Counted from the stretch's first letter, positions 1 through 12,600 are shown. The stretch is 64,000 nt of DNA from Malacoraja senta (GCA_038087875.1 JAXLNO010000656.1:62001-126000), one strand, 5' to 3'. Numbers and translations: made by a program. Notes: generated by a model from the sequence alone, not told the origin.

Positions 1-2149
1 TGCTGTAGTGTTGTCTATTTGGCACTGCATATGTAAACTTAGTTTTGTTAGTGCCATAAGCCTTGAGTCCATAAATACTCCTGGTTAATTCCCCATGTTT
101 CCAGAAGCAATGTCCATCTGTCTCCACAGCTGGATCTTGTATCAGTAGCACCCCACCCAAGTGCTCTGACATCTGTCTGCAAAATGATGGAAGCTTGGTC
201 CAATAACACTTTGGAACTACTAGTGGACACATGCTGAATCCACCATTGTACATCAGCAACAGCCTCTATTGATAGAAGCATAGGGCTATTATAATGACCC
301 TAATGTATCCTCAGTGCTTGTTCCTTTGACCTTTGTAATTGTAAATAATGTGGCCACTATTGAACTGCTGGAAATGCTCCCACCAATTTCCCCAGCAGAC
401 TCGTCACCTGGCTAATTGAAGGCTGTGTGTCAGCAATTAACTTGATACAGCTCTCAATTAGCTCTACCCTTTTTTGCCTTGGCAAGGTCACAATCATGTT
501 GATTGAGTCTATTGTGAAAACCAAATAGTCAATTTGTGTCACAGGTATTAATTTAGATTCCTCTGGATAGTTTATGAAGCCCAATTTTTTAAAAAGTGTT
601 TTTTACCAACTGCCCCTGATGCTTCAGCTGTTTCCTTTGATTGTCCTACAATCAAGATATTAAGTAGATAAGCCATGAGCACATGCCCTTGACTTCTCAT
701 CATGCCTAGAATAGGTTTTAACAACTTTGTAATCGCTCTAGGAGCTGAAGACAAATCATTAGGCAGTGCATTGTATTGCCATAATTACCCCATCCAGCTG
801 AATTTTAAATCTTCTATCCTGCAAATGAAAAGACACTGAATCCGCATCTTTAAGATCTCCTTCACAAACGTTTCCATCTTAAAATGTCTATACCGTACAA
901 AAGGGTTAAGACTATGCAGATCCAGTATAATTCAGCATCCCCCATCCTTTTTTGGTCTGGGAAAGATATTGGACACAAACTGGTGGCTTTGGTAAACTGC
1001 CTTAGCAATTACACCTTTATTACATAAGCTTGCAAGTTCCACCTGAACTTCCAATTGTTCAGTGATACTGAAGTCAAACTCCTTTTTGGAACATGTTGCA
1101 TGGGTAAATCAGAATTTGCATTAAGCTTTATTCGAAACCCTTCAATAACCTTCAGTATAAACATATCTGAGGTAAACATTTAATTGTATCACATTAGACC
1201 TGTCTACATGAGAACCAGACCCACTTACCTCCTTACCACCTGGCATTGTTCCCCGGCCTCGAGCTGGATATCTCACCTTCCCTGGCACTGCTACAGCCGA
1301 ACGGCAACTGCGCTGCATCGTAGCTCGACTCGCCCCTTGCCCGGACCAGTCTCCTCGCTTATCGGGATACTTCCGCTTTGGTGGATATGTGGCTGCTGGC
1401 TGCTTAATCAAGCCCACCGTCTTGGCCTCCTCCTCCAGCTCCTTCACCTGCTTTGCGAAATCCTCGCCAAACAGATTTGCCGGTTGCACTGTGCCAGGCT
1501 GGCAGAGTGAAGCATATTTAGGATTGATGGTTGGTCTAATCGCAGTTTTGCAGAGGCAGTTGATCTCAAAGTGGGCACTCCACAATAGCGCCAGCACCTT
1601 TTGTTGTAATTTTGTCATGGCCTCTCCATCCACCATCCTGGCAAAGCTCGTTATGCCAACTTTAAAATATGCGGAGCTTCACCTCCTCCTGGGCTCTCAT
1701 TTGTATGCCCATCTTGCCCCAAATCTTCCTGTTTCCAACAGGAACTTTTAACAGGCCACAGTTGATTGGGGCTTCATGCTTCCTTACTGTCTCATCCATT
1801 GTCAGCTCCTGTAGCTGATGTGAGACTTGGTAATTTATGCTGGTGGCAAGTTCCTCACCCAGAGGCTCACCAGCGTCCGACGACATGGCAAACCGTACTG
1901 CACACGGTGTCAGCTCTGGCAGCTGCCTGCCCTCCCTTTGGAAGTCGTCGTCGGACTCAGGGTCAGAGCGTTTCTGCCCTTCACTAACTCCTCCAAAGTC
2001 TCCCCGACTTTGGTGGAGCTTCTAAACTACTCACCTGCAGGAGGAGCTCCGTCCTCCTGCTGCCGGGCGCCAATGCATCAGACGTAATGATGCGCATGCG
2101 CCCTGACGGGTCTTCTTCACGTAGTCACTCACGTGACTCCGAAGTAAAA
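1..2149 (-). mobile_element. DIRS1-like (tyrosine recombinase) retrotransposon, degenerate 5' part: terminal repeat, gag-like, RT, RNase H
   Basis: Minus-strand fragments: gag-like 1142-1886 (LFGEDFAKQVKEL); RT pieces (APRAITKLLKP...AYLLNILI, a decayed YLDD; GFIINYPEESKLIP); RNase H (LQTDVRALGWGA, equivalent to TDAS..GWGA). Probable terminus reads TTTTACTTCGGAGTCACGTGAGTGACT on the minus strand. Many stops and frameshifts; runs off the window start. Confidence 0.8.
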
Positions 2150-2212
2150 TGGACTTTTGAATGCAATTTTGGAAGGATTGTTTCTTGAAACAAACTGCTC
2201 TAAAAGTTTGAA

Positions 2213-2341
2213 GGAAGGAATTGCAGATACTAGTTTAAACCAAAGATAGACACAAAATGATGGACTAACTCAGCTGGTCAGGCAGCATCTCTGGATAAAA
2301 GAAATAGGTGATGTTTCGGGTCGAGATTGTTCTTCAGGCTG
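2213..2341 (-). mobile_element. Penelope-like element 3' terminus with decayed hammerhead motif
   Basis: Reverse complement of the Penelope tail seen at 61590-61717 (gatgctgcctgacc...gctgagtt...cattttgtgtctatc). Confidence 0.75.
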
Positions 2342-2344
2342 GGT

Positions 2345-2680
2345 CTTTTTATAGTGAAAAAAAACTGCATGACATAATTTTTACCATGTGATGATTTTTC
2401 CACACGTCGGTAGATGTTGTTGGCACAAGAGTAACTCGGGAGAGGAACTTGGTAACTGGGGAGAGGAACTTGGTAACTCGGGAGAGGAACTTGGTAACTC
2501 GGGAGACAAACTTGGAACATCGCAGAAATGAGAAGTAAACGGCAAACTTAGACATACCCGTGGGAACTCGGTTAAACTCGTGAACATAAACTTGAAATCT
2601 CGTACACAACCACGAGTCTGATTTTTTCTTTCACTCGGGGTCACTCGTGGGTGAACTCGCACCGTGAGACAGGGGCTTTA
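2345..2680. mobile_element. Non-autonomous DNA transposon fragment (Harbinger-like right end) with an internal 21-bp tandem repeat
   Basis: About 3.5 copies of GTAACTCGGGAGAGGAACTTG at 2431-2505. Ends gtgagacaggggcttta, resembling Harbinger-type termini. Left TIR not seen. Confidence 0.45.
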
Positions 2681-3398
2681 CTAATCAAGAACCAATCAAT
2701 CTCCACTTTAAAAATATCTAATGTCTTGTCCTCCATAACTGTCCATGGCAATGAATTTCACAGATTCACCACCCAGTTTCTAAACCAAGGTTTGAGGAAA
2801 ATTGAGCCCACCCACTGTACAGTTGACGTTGATTCAGTGATTAGCAATTATAATTCAAGTAATCTAAATCTTTCTGCTCCTTCACTCTCTGTATTTCGTT
2901 AAACAAGAAGAAACGATGGACAATCATACTAATTACGCTCAAGATCAAAATCATATAAAACATTTAAACTGTATGTTCTTTTCATAATCTGCTAATTAGT
3001 TTACTGTTCCACAGATGTTTTTGTCTTGATTATTTTCTGTGTCCATGTAATACTGTGAATTGTTATGTGCTGTTATTGATGGCGAGGTTTTGTGAATCTA
3101 AGTATGAAGATAAATGATTGTACCTTGTATAAATTATGTCAGGGTTTCATAAATACAAGGAAAGCCTGTACTTAAGCCATATGTAGTACAGTACAGTATG
3201 GAGAAGAAACAGGCCCTTTAGTCCACAGTCTGTGGTGAATATGATGCTAAGTTAAATTAATCTCCTCTGCCTACATATGATCTATATTGTTCCATTGCCT
3301 GCATATCCACCTGCCTATCGAAAAGTGTCTTAAATGCCACTTTCTGATCTCTTGAGCATTACCCTTGGCAGTTGTTCCAGGCACCCACCATTTCATGT

Positions 3399-3720
3399 GA
3401 GTCCAGAACCAGGGGCCACAGTCTTAGAATAAAGGGGAGGCAATTTAAGACTGAGGTGAGAAGAAACTTTTCACCCAGAGAGTTGTGAATTTGTGGAATT
3501 CCCTGCCACAGAGGGCAGTGGAGGCCAAATCGCTGGATGGATTTAAGAGAGAGTTAGATAGAGCTCTAGGAGCTAGTGGATTCAAGGGATATGGGGAGAA
3601 GGCAGGCACGGGTTATTGATTGGGGACGATCAGCCATGATCACAATGAATGGCGGTGCTCGCTCGAAGGGCCAAACGGCCTCCTCCTGCACCTATTTTCT
3701 ATGTTTCTATGTTTCTATGT
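3399..3720 (+). mobile_element. CR1 LINE 3' end
   Basis: Near-identical to 27129-27443; ends in (TTTCTATG)n tail. Confidence 0.9.
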
Positions 3721-4439
3721 ATACAAATAAATTGTCCTGCATATTTCCTTTAATCTTATCCAATCTGACCTTAAAGCTATGCCCTTTAGACTTTGCCAAT
3801 TACACCCTGGGAAAACTATTCTGACTGTGTATCTTATCCATGGGTAGGTAAGTTCTGAATCCAAACAATCAAGTCACCATGGATCCTATGCACCTTAACA
3901 ATGAAAAATGGCATAAAAATATATTTATCCTCCTGCTTTATTTGTAACATATAATCAGAAGCATCTGGAAAAATGTAGTTTTTAATGTATTTTGGCCATA
4001 TGTGCTGTGATTTTTGTATTTCGTCTTTGTCTTAATTATTTAGGGGACAATCTGGTTTAACAGATTTTTTTGCCCATTAAAGACCTTGATGTTTACATGC
4101 AATTGCTAATGATCTCCTTCATTTGCAATATCTGCTGTGAATATAATAGAAACATATTATGCATTATGTCTGATTTGCCCTTCTATCATAATGCAAGTTC
4201 TTTCTGGTTTTCAAATTCAACTGCATCCCTTTCCAATTCATTATTTAACTAATCTCTCAGTCCATGTCTGAGATTTCTTGATTGCACCTTAACATCCTTC
4301 ACGTCCTTTACTTTACTTTCCTCCATTTGCTTATATTCCTTATTTCTATAAGCTTAAATCCAACCAGTAAGATAACATCTTTTGGATAATTGAATGCTTT
4401 TGTCAAGCAGTATTGTCCATCAGGACCTGTTGACGGTAA

Positions 4440-4850
4440 TATTTTGAATGTGGACATGGATCAGGTTACTTCACTTCCTGACCAACAGACCACAATCAGT
4501 GAGGATGGTTGACAAATAATCTTCCAAGATAATACAAAACACTGGTATCACACAAGAATGCGTTCTCAGCCCCCTACTGTACCCCTTGTATACTCGTGAC
4601 TGTGCAGCCAAATACCAATCCAACTCAATTTACAAGCTCGTAGATGACACCACTGTAGTGGGCTAGATATCAAATGATGACAAGATGGAGTACAGGATGG
4701 TCATGGAGTACCTCGTGACCTGGTACCAAGCCATCAACCTCTCCCTCAATGTCAGCAAGCCAAAGCAGATTGTGATTGACTTCAGGAACAGAAGCAGTAC
4801 ACATACCCTGGTATACAATGATGGCGCCGAAGTAGAGAAGGTCAGCAGCA
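4440..4850 (+). mobile_element. Rex1/Babar-like LINE RT fragment, degenerate
   Basis: Similar to 57489-58298 (QGCVLSPLLY.., DDTTVVG, NLSLNVSK). Confidence 0.7.
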
Positions 4851-4953
4851 ATTTGGGCTTGCAAATGACAGGACTAGCCCAGTGAGGTCAACTGTGTGTA
4901 ACAAGGGTCTCAATATAGGATATTTTGGCTTGGGAGATGACATTGACATTGGT

Positions 4954-5047
4954 CTGAAGAAGGGTTTCGGCCCGAAACGTTGCCTATTTCCTTCGCTCCA
5001 TAGATGCTGCTGCACCCGCTGAGTTTCTCCAGCATTTTTGTGTACCT
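4954..5047 (+). mobile_element. Minimal Penelope terminus insertion with intact hammerhead ribozyme motif
   Basis: CTGAAGA-A-GGGT-TTCG-GCCC-GAAAC-GTT at 4954-4981, flanked by direct repeat TTGACATTGGT (4943-4953 and 5048-5058). Confidence 0.8.
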
Positions 5048-5499
5048 TTGACATTGGTTTAGTTGTCCTTTCAGTGAATTTGGCGGATTTTACAGAGATG
5101 GCATAACCAATGCAACATATCCACCTACATGTAAATTTACCAGCAACGTAGAGGGAAATGTGCATTCCAATTGATAAGGTGTATTACAGATAACACAGTT
5201 ATATTTACAAAATGTGGTATGGTTATAACAAACCACTTGGCTTCAATCTTTTCAGATGTTTTCCCTTTCAGGATGCCTATATAGAAAAAGATTTGGGTGC
5301 ATTGCCATTTTTAGAAACTGGGATAACAAGTCACACTACAGATGTTTTATACAAAATTGCAAAACCATGCCAGACTATTTTAAATTGCAGGCACCCTTTT
5401 ATATTCATGGGTGAGATGTTGGAAGACTTATGGGTGACTAATGCTCTGCCTCTATTTCAGATAATGTGCAAGGAAATGTCTGGGAACCCAGACCGATGT

Positions 5500-6620
5500 G
5501 CTTAACATCAGTGGTAGGAAAGTTATTGGAGGAGATTCTGAGATTTGATCTGCATGGATTTGGAAAGGCAGTGACTGATTAGGGTAGACACAAAATGCTG
5601 GAGTAACTCAGCAGGTGAGGCTGCATCTCGGGAGAGAAGGAATGGGCGACGTTTTGGGTCGAGACCCTTCAGACTGATGTCAGGGGAGGGGGCGGGACAA
5701 AGACAGAATGTAGGCGGAGACCGTAAGACTAGTGGGAGAACTTGAATGAGAAGGGGATGGAGAGAGAGAAAGCAAGTATCTGAAGTTAGAGAAGTCAATG
5801 TTCATACCGCTGGGGTGTAAACTACCCAAGCAAAATATGAGGTGCTGTTCCTCCAATTTGCGCTGGGCCTCACTCTGACAATGGAGGACTAAAAAGGCAG
5901 ATTGGGAATAGGAGGGGGAGTTGAAATGCTGTGCCACCGGGAGATCAGCTAGATTAAGACGGACTGAGCGGAGGTATTCAGCGAAACGATCGCCGAGCCT
6001 GCTCTTGGTCTCGCCGATGTAGAGAAGTAGACTGATTAAGGGTAGTCATCATGGTTTTGTGTGTGGGAAGTCACATTTAACAAATTAGATTGAGTTATTT
6101 TTGGAAGAGGTGACCAATAATATTGATGAGAGCAGTTTGGTTGATGTTCCAAGGTTTTTTATATGGCATTGCATGGTAGGTTGATTTTGAAGGTTAGACC
6201 ACATTGGAGCCAGAGTGTGCTAGCCAATTGGATACAAAAAGGGCTGGAAGGTTCGAGACAGGGTGGTGGTAGAAGGTTATTTTTCAGATTGGAGGCCTTT
6301 AACTAATGGTGCGCCGCAGGGTTTGGTCCACTATTGTTTGTTGTAATGTTAACAATTTGGATGTGAATATATGTGGCATGGTTGGTGAGTTTGTGCATGA
6401 CATTAAAATTGATGGTATAATGGATATTGAAAGTGATTATTTTACAGTGCAGCAGAATCATGATCAATGAGCCAATGGGCTGAGGAATAACAGATTTAAT
6501 TTGATTCAGATAAATGCAAGGCGTTGCATTTTGGTAAGACAGACCAGACAGGACTTGCACAGGAAATGGTAAGGCCCCCGGGAATGTGCTAGAACTGAGA
6601 TCTAGGGGATGCAGGTATAT
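5500..6620 (+). mobile_element. Degenerate CR1 RT fragment interrupted by a Penelope piece
   Basis: Similar to the CR1 RT at 26080-26700 (cagtggtaggaaagttattgga; catggttttgtg...ttaacaaattagattgagtt; ggtgcgccgcaggg). Confidence 0.7.
5588..6029 (-). mobile_element. Penelope-like element 3' part (GIY-YIG C-terminal region plus tail)
   Basis: ORF 5680-5937 (AQHFNSPS..RKLEEQHLIFCLGSLHPSGMNIDF) matches 60733-61473. Flanked by duplication GACTGATTA(A)GGGTAG at 5573-5587 and 6030-6045. Confidence 0.85.
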
Positions 6621-7139
6621 TGTAAAAAAAAAGAGTTAGCTCTTTAACTTGGATGTCACTTAAGTTAACAAGCAATGACTCCCACCTGGTTTTGATGAGA
6701 ATGCTGTGTATAATCAGGCTAATTAAACTTGAGGAGCATGAGAATTGTATCTTATTGGGTCATTCCTTGTCCATTGGCCTACAAGCAAACATTTTTTGCA
6801 AAAAAAAATTGAACAACCTGGCCTGGCCACCTGGTGAAATTATGTGAACAGGCTTCAACTTTTAAATATTGGTTAAACGCTGTGATCCACAACTTCTGGT
6901 AACCCAGGTAGGTGCAGTTTAAAAGCAGGGTACATAGAGGTGTTAGGAAACCAGAATTTAGCACAAGAATTTAGCTTCTTGTTTTCCAGCAGGATTAATA
7001 TTGTGATTATATTTAGGTTATCAGCATGGTTACATTTTCATTTATCCTGTTCCTTTAATTATAACTCAACAATCTACCAGTGATATGTTTTAACTCCATG
7101 TGGTTGTATTAATTACAAATGGATTTCTTGTTCCTGTAG

Positions 7140-7341
7140 GTACATATACATTCCTTTGGGAGGCTCACGGCATGGATTACTACGAATGATGTTCTCCTCT
7201 GCAATGGCTTTCGGCTTTGTATGCTACTGGCATGGTGGCCATAGCTTCATGTTGAACTGGGCAGCCATGAACTGGGTTGGAGTAATGATAGAAAATATAC
7301 TGAAGATGATCTGTTCCTTTTCACCCACACAAGAGATAATT
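7140..7341 (+). CDS. HHAT: HHAT internal coding exon (202 bp) containing the MBOAT catalytic histidine
   Basis: Acceptor ttcttgttcctgtAG at 7138-7139 and donor GTaagc at 7342. Translates (R)YIYIPLGGSRHGLLRMMFSSAMAFGFVCYWHGGHSFMLNWAAMNWVGVMIENILKMICSFSPTQEII, matching recalled vertebrate HHAT YVYIPVGGSQHGLLGTLFSTAMTFAFVSYWHGG...WAALNWLGVTVEN. His codon CAT at 7231-7233. Ends in phase 0. Confidence 0.93.
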
Positions 7342-7685
7342 GTAAGCCACATCTATGTATTCATGTATGAAACTATTGCATGGCTTTAATTTGCTCTTTA
7401 TTTTAAATGCTTGAAATTTGCCATTTAAACGTAGAAATTATTTATTGGTCCTCTACTGATGTGGTAAAACCATATGGGGAAAGGTAGCTAAATATATTGG
7501 TATCTCGATTGATCAATCTTCCTCCATATTAATGCAGTTTTTATGCACATGCAAATGCAAGCAAAATGCAAAGTGATTATTGTTGTAGTGGTGGTGGGTG
7601 GTGGTGATGGCGGGAGTGGTGGTGGTGGAGATTGGTGTTGGGTTAGATGGTTGAAAAGATTTTTATATTTACAAGCTGCTTTCAT

Positions 7686-7961
7686 GTTTAGTTTAGAGAC
7701 ACAACCTGGAAACAGGCCCTTCAACCGACCGAGTACACGCTGACCAAGATCACCCATACACAAGTTCTATCCTACACACTAAGCTAATTAGCCCACAAAT
7801 CTGCACATCTTTGGAATGTGGGACAAAACGAAGCACCCAGAGAGAACCCAAGTGGTCACACGTGGAATGTACAAACTCTGTACAGGCAGTACCTTTGGTC
7901 AGGATTGAACCTGGGTCTCTGGCGCCGTAAGGCAGCAGCTCTACCACTGTTCCACGGTGCC
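7686..7961 (-). mobile_element. tRNA-derived SINE (HE1-like)
   Basis: Minus strand: ggcaccgtgg..gtggtagagctgctgcc..ccagagacccaggttcaatcctgacc (A/B boxes), tail ctctaaactaaac; homologous to 44807-45109. Confidence 0.85.
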
Positions 7962-8004
7962 ATTCCACAGTGGTGTCTCTTTTAATTATTTAATAAAATT
8001 TGAT

Positions 8005-8790
8005 AATAAGCAAGTTTGGTATTCCGACAGCGCATGCCCAGGTCATAGGTCATTCATTATAAACATTTTCGGCAGCTGTGGTGCTGCGTTGTGTGCAGGC
8101 CTGCGTTTCGTCTGTGGTCGGGCCCGGGCCTCCGGCGCTGTGGGCGCTGTAGGTGTTGTTGAGGTGCTGCTGGGCCGTCCCCGTCCCCTCCCGGATGTCC
8201 CGTCCCTGTCCGGGTGGCCCTGGGCTGACGGGGCGGTGGCGGCCCCGGACTTGCAACTGGCGCGAGGCGGGGGAGGGGTTGCTGGCTCCAGTTCAGCTCT
8301 GCCTGTCCAGCCGGGTTGGCCGGCAGCCGGGGCGCAGGCCTGGAGCCGTAGCGGCCCCGGACTTGCAGCCGGCGTGGGGGGGAGGCTGGACAGGCAGAGC
8401 TAGGGACGGTCCAGTGGCGGTTTGGCAGCACTCAGTGGCGCTGGGGACCCGGGTTCGATCCTGGCTGTGGATGAGGCGCGGGTCTGTGTGTGTGCAGCTG
8501 CCAAGAATGTCACTCCGCCAGTCCAATCTCTTCCCCCACCCCCCCCCCCCCCCCCCCCCCGTCTCCCACTCGCATCTGCCCCCTCTATCTCGCTGTTACA
8601 CCCCGCTCTCCCGCTACCTGGTACTCCGTTCCTCAGATTAAATATATTTTTACACATAAATCATGAATAAAGATAAGAATTTAAACGTAGTGTATAGAGT
8701 CAGCGCTTCGTTCGCTTTTTCTGTATAGCGAGTGACCTTTGACAAATCCCATGATTCCTTTCGTTTTTCGGAAAACCGAACTCACTCATT
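8005..8790. mobile_element. Unclassified non-autonomous TIR element, GC-rich
   Basis: Left end AATAAGCAAGTTTGGTATTCCGA versus reverse complement of the right end AATGAGTGAGTTCGGTTTTCCGA. Internal GC-rich cassette is shared with 23652-23910. Confidence 0.6.
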
Positions 8791-9279
8791 GAGTGTACAT
8801 TTTTAGGATCATCTAAGTGGCCATCAAATTCCAAAATGGTACCTTTTGTCCTTGCACTGACATTGTCATATTATTAGGGACATTAGCTTGTGTGCAGTGA
8901 ATGTCCTCTAGGAGTATGTAGAGTTTACAGACGGCAGTAATCAGTTTGTGGCCCTGCATGCTTGAGCTGTGATCAAGCCAATGGGCACTCTTTACTTGGT
9001 TTGACATATTCAGTAGTAAGAAGAACACTATGAGCACCATTTAAGGACAGCATCTACGACTTACAGATGAGCTGGTTGAATTTCTCTCTTGCTACATTTT
9101 CCACAAAATGATATGGCAAGTGTCCTGACTTTAAGGCATCTACACAAAACAGTTACTTCCTAATATGAATGCATATTAATAGGGGTGCAACTGCAATTTT
9201 ATTTCCTCTTTATGAAGAACAGTAGTGATACCTACTGTTGATTGGACTTTACTGACTTTACCTTGCACTAAACATTCTC

Positions 9280-9411
9280 CCTCTCCCCAGACCACTTCCT
9301 TATCTCTGTATCTCCCTCTCCACTGACTCAGTCTGAAGAAGGGTCTCGACCTGAAACATCACCCATTTCTTGTATCCAGAGATGCTGCCTGTCCTGCTGA
9401 GTTACTCCAGC
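9280..9411 (+). mobile_element. Penelope terminus with hammerhead motif, inside a LINE 3' tail fragment
   Basis: CTGAAGAAGGGTCTCGACCTGAAACATC at 9333-9360 followed by the Penelope tail. Confidence 0.75.
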
Positions 9412-10174
9412 GAAAGACAACACATGATTACATCGAGCCATTCGCAGAGTATATATAATCATGTATTGTCTTACCGCTTTCTGGTTAGCATGCAACAAAA
9501 GCTTTTCACTGCACCTTGGTATAAGTGACAATAAACTAAACTGTACTGAAACATTGCGTTAAAACTGTGCACTTGCTTACTGTTTAAAAAAAAATGCTTG
9601 TTGCAGAAAATGACAGAAGAATATTATCAATTTAAGTGGAGCTTTGCTCCTCGGCTGGACAATTAAGTTATTTCTTTAGAGATTTATTTGTTTCCTAGAG
9701 CAGTAAGTGAAATAAATTCAATAGCTTTTTTTAAATGAATAATTTACCAACAAAGAGTTTTTGAACAGTAACTCCTCCTCCCCTTCCCCCCCCCCCCCCC
9801 CCCCCCCCACCCAGTGTGTAGTTTTTCATCAGTCAATTTCTTATTATCCACAATGGCCATTCATTATTCTTGTAGTTTATTACTTGGGTACCTGAATTTC
9901 CCCTACCAATTATAAAAACCTGTTTTTGGGATGTTAATCATGAGTAATGGAATGATAAGATTCTGCAAAGGGCCCTAGGTATTTGTGATATAACTAATAA
10001 TCAACACAAGGCTATCTTACGTAATTCTCCATTGACCACCTAAGAGAAAACAAGATACTAAAGACGGGTAAAAACATTTATAGCCCAATTTTCTGGCACA
10101 GCTGTATCTCCTGAAATTTTGGGAATTCTGATAAGCAGTTTAAATCCGGAACAATGTTATTGGGCAAGCAACAA

Positions 10175-10271
10175 CTGAAGAAGGGTCTCGACCCAAAATG
10201 GCACCCATTCCTTGCCTCCAGAAATGCTGCCAGTCCCGCTGAGTTCCTCCAGCTTTTTGTATCTATCTTCA
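10175..10271 (+). mobile_element. Penelope terminus with mutated hammerhead (GAAA changed to AAAA)
   Basis: ctgaagaagggtctcgacccaaaatg...gctgagttcctccagc. Confidence 0.7.
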
Positions 10272-11269
10272 ACTGAAAATCAGATATTTTGGACTAGCTT
10301 TGTCAGGCCCCTTCTTTCTTTCACTGTGAATTCAGTGGTTAGTAAATTTCTGCCAGATATGTGGGGGGAAAGACCAATATTCCAAAACATAAACAGAACA
10401 CTAATAATTCAAGAAAACTATCAAATCGATCTTGTTAATAAGTGAATGTTTGTAAGTCTTCACATGCCATTTAACAATCCGTCTATTGAGTTTGAAGGAA
10501 AAATGAACTATTGATAAAGTATTCATTTTTGTAGATGTTTGGGAAACTAATAGGCAGCAACTTGTTGTGAAATGGAGCAGTAAAAGAGATGTGCTGGAGG
10601 AATTGACAGCATCTTTGGAGGGAATTGATAGTCAATGTTTGGGTCGAGACCTTTTATCCTCATGTGAAAATGAAGTGCCTTGACCCAAAACATTGACTGC
10701 CCATTTCCCTCCACAGATACTACATGGCCCATTGAGTTCCTCTAGCAGCTCTTTTTGTTTGCACCAGATTTCAGCATCTGTAGTCTCTCTTGCCTTCGTT
10801 GTGAAATGGCACTGGTTAATATAATGCAGTTTGTTCAGTATATGTAGGCTGCTTTTGATCGCAGTGGGGGAAGAAATGCAAGCCTGTAAAATTAGAACCA
10901 GTAGCCTCTTGGTAGTTGTGCAACTTAGAGTACGGCAATGTGGACTGTCAGAATCTTGGGTTCAGTCTCAATTCAAACATCTGTATGGCGACCTGACAAA
11001 AGTATCTCTTGTGTGGAGCATTAAACCCAAGCTCAACATTTTTTTGGGGGATATGCGAAAGTGGTGTTTTCTAGATCGTAGTTAAATGCTCCTCAATAAG
11101 CACACAATTAGCACTCAATTAAAATTTGACCTATTTGTGCTTGAGTATCATGTATTAATCATGCACTTGGAATGAGTTTTAGCTACCATTTCATGTTGAT
11201 GTCCCATTCACTGGTGAACTGGATCAATCATTTACTGTAACAATTCATCCTAATCCGGCTTTCGTATAA

Positions 11270-12600
11270 ATTCATAGGAGCAGAATTAGGACATTTGGCT
11301 CATCGCCTACTCCACCATTCAATTATGGCTGATCTATCTTTCCCTCTCAACTCCATTCTCGTGCCATTACATCGTGACCTTTGACACCCTTACTAATCAG
11401 GAACCTGTCAATCTCTGCTTTAAAAATAGCCAAAGACTTGGCCTGCGCAGCCGTCTGCGGCAATGAATTCCACAGATTCACCACCCTCAGGCGAAAGAAA
11501 TTCTAGGACATCTGTAGCGACAGATTTGTATATCTTTTAAGAGATTACTCCCTCTAGCCACTTAAGAGACAATGTGGCTTTAGGAGAATGTAGTCTTACG
11601 CATGTGAGCTCTCCATGAGACTTTCAGAGCTTCTCGAAAGATAAATCTTCATAACACAGTCTTTTGATTAATAGTTTCTTTATTGTTGAAGAAAAACAGT
11701 AAGATATTCATCCAACCTTCTTCTCTGACTCGTACACTTTAATGTTCGTCAAACTCCAGCATATTGCTTTTAAACGTTAGGAAACTCCTTGTGTCTCAGC
11801 AAAACTCTACATGGTCGAAGGGTGTTCCTTCTGCCATGTAGCTCTAAAACTAAACTAAAACTAAAGCTTCTGCGCAAGAAACCCAGCAGCAAACACCCCC
11901 CTGACCACGTAATAAATCCCACCCACATAATTACGGACAGACTAAAATTTAAAGACAAATGCCATAATTAATGACACACGAAATAAGCCAAATGGCCACT
12001 ACAACATCTTCGTTCTAAAGGTACATCCTTTTATTCTGAGGCTGTGCTCTCTGGTCCTAGATTCTCCCACTAGTAGAAACATCCTCTCCATATCCACTCT
12101 ATCCAGGCCTTTCATTATATAGCAAGTTTCAATGAAGTCCCCCTTCATCCATCTAAATTCCATCAAGTACTGGCCCAGAGCAGTCAAATACTCATTATTC
12201 ATTTGCCCATTCATTCCCAGGATCATTCTGCTCTGGACCTTCTCTAACACCAGTACTTCCCTTCTGAGATGTGGGGCCCAAAACTGCTCAGAATACTCTA
12301 AATGTGGTCTGACTAGCAATACATCCCTGTTTTTATATTCTAATCCTCTCAAATTGAATGCTAACATTGGATTTGCCTTCCTTACAAACAATTTGACTCG
12401 TAAATTAACCTTTTGTCAATCCTGCACCAGCACTCCCAAGTCTCTTTGCACCTCTGATTGCTGAATCCTCTCCCCATTTAGAAAATAGTTTATTCCTACT
12501 ACCAAGGTGCATATCCGCACACTTTGCTACGCTGTATTCCATCTGCCACTTATTTGCCTGCTCTCCGAACCTGCCGGCCTTCTGCAGACTCCTGCGCCCT
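11270..12600 (-). mobile_element. CR1 LINE 3' portion, split by a solo LTR
   Basis: ORF 11999-12391 (LEYKNRDVLLVRPHLEYSEQFWAPHL) matches the CR1 ORF2 C-terminus; 3' UTR at 11270-11505. Confidence 0.85.
11513..12003 (-). mobile_element. Solo LTR of the BEL/Pao family
   Basis: TGTAG...CTACA termini; perfect 5-bp TSD ACATC (11508-11512 and 12004-12008); reverse complement is homologous to 18965-19440 and to the LTR at 45344-45896. Confidence 0.9.

Noticed and set aside
2431..2505. 21-bp repeats superficially resembling a CRISPR array
   Set aside because: Head-to-tail with no spacers; eukaryotic context; lies inside a transposon remnant.
7957..8670. Overlapping GC-rich ORFs (also 20613-21278, 23734-24188, 29750-30294, 38846-39409, 49338-49918)
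   Set aside because: Stop-poor GC-rich repeat interiors; no recognisable domains or splice structure.
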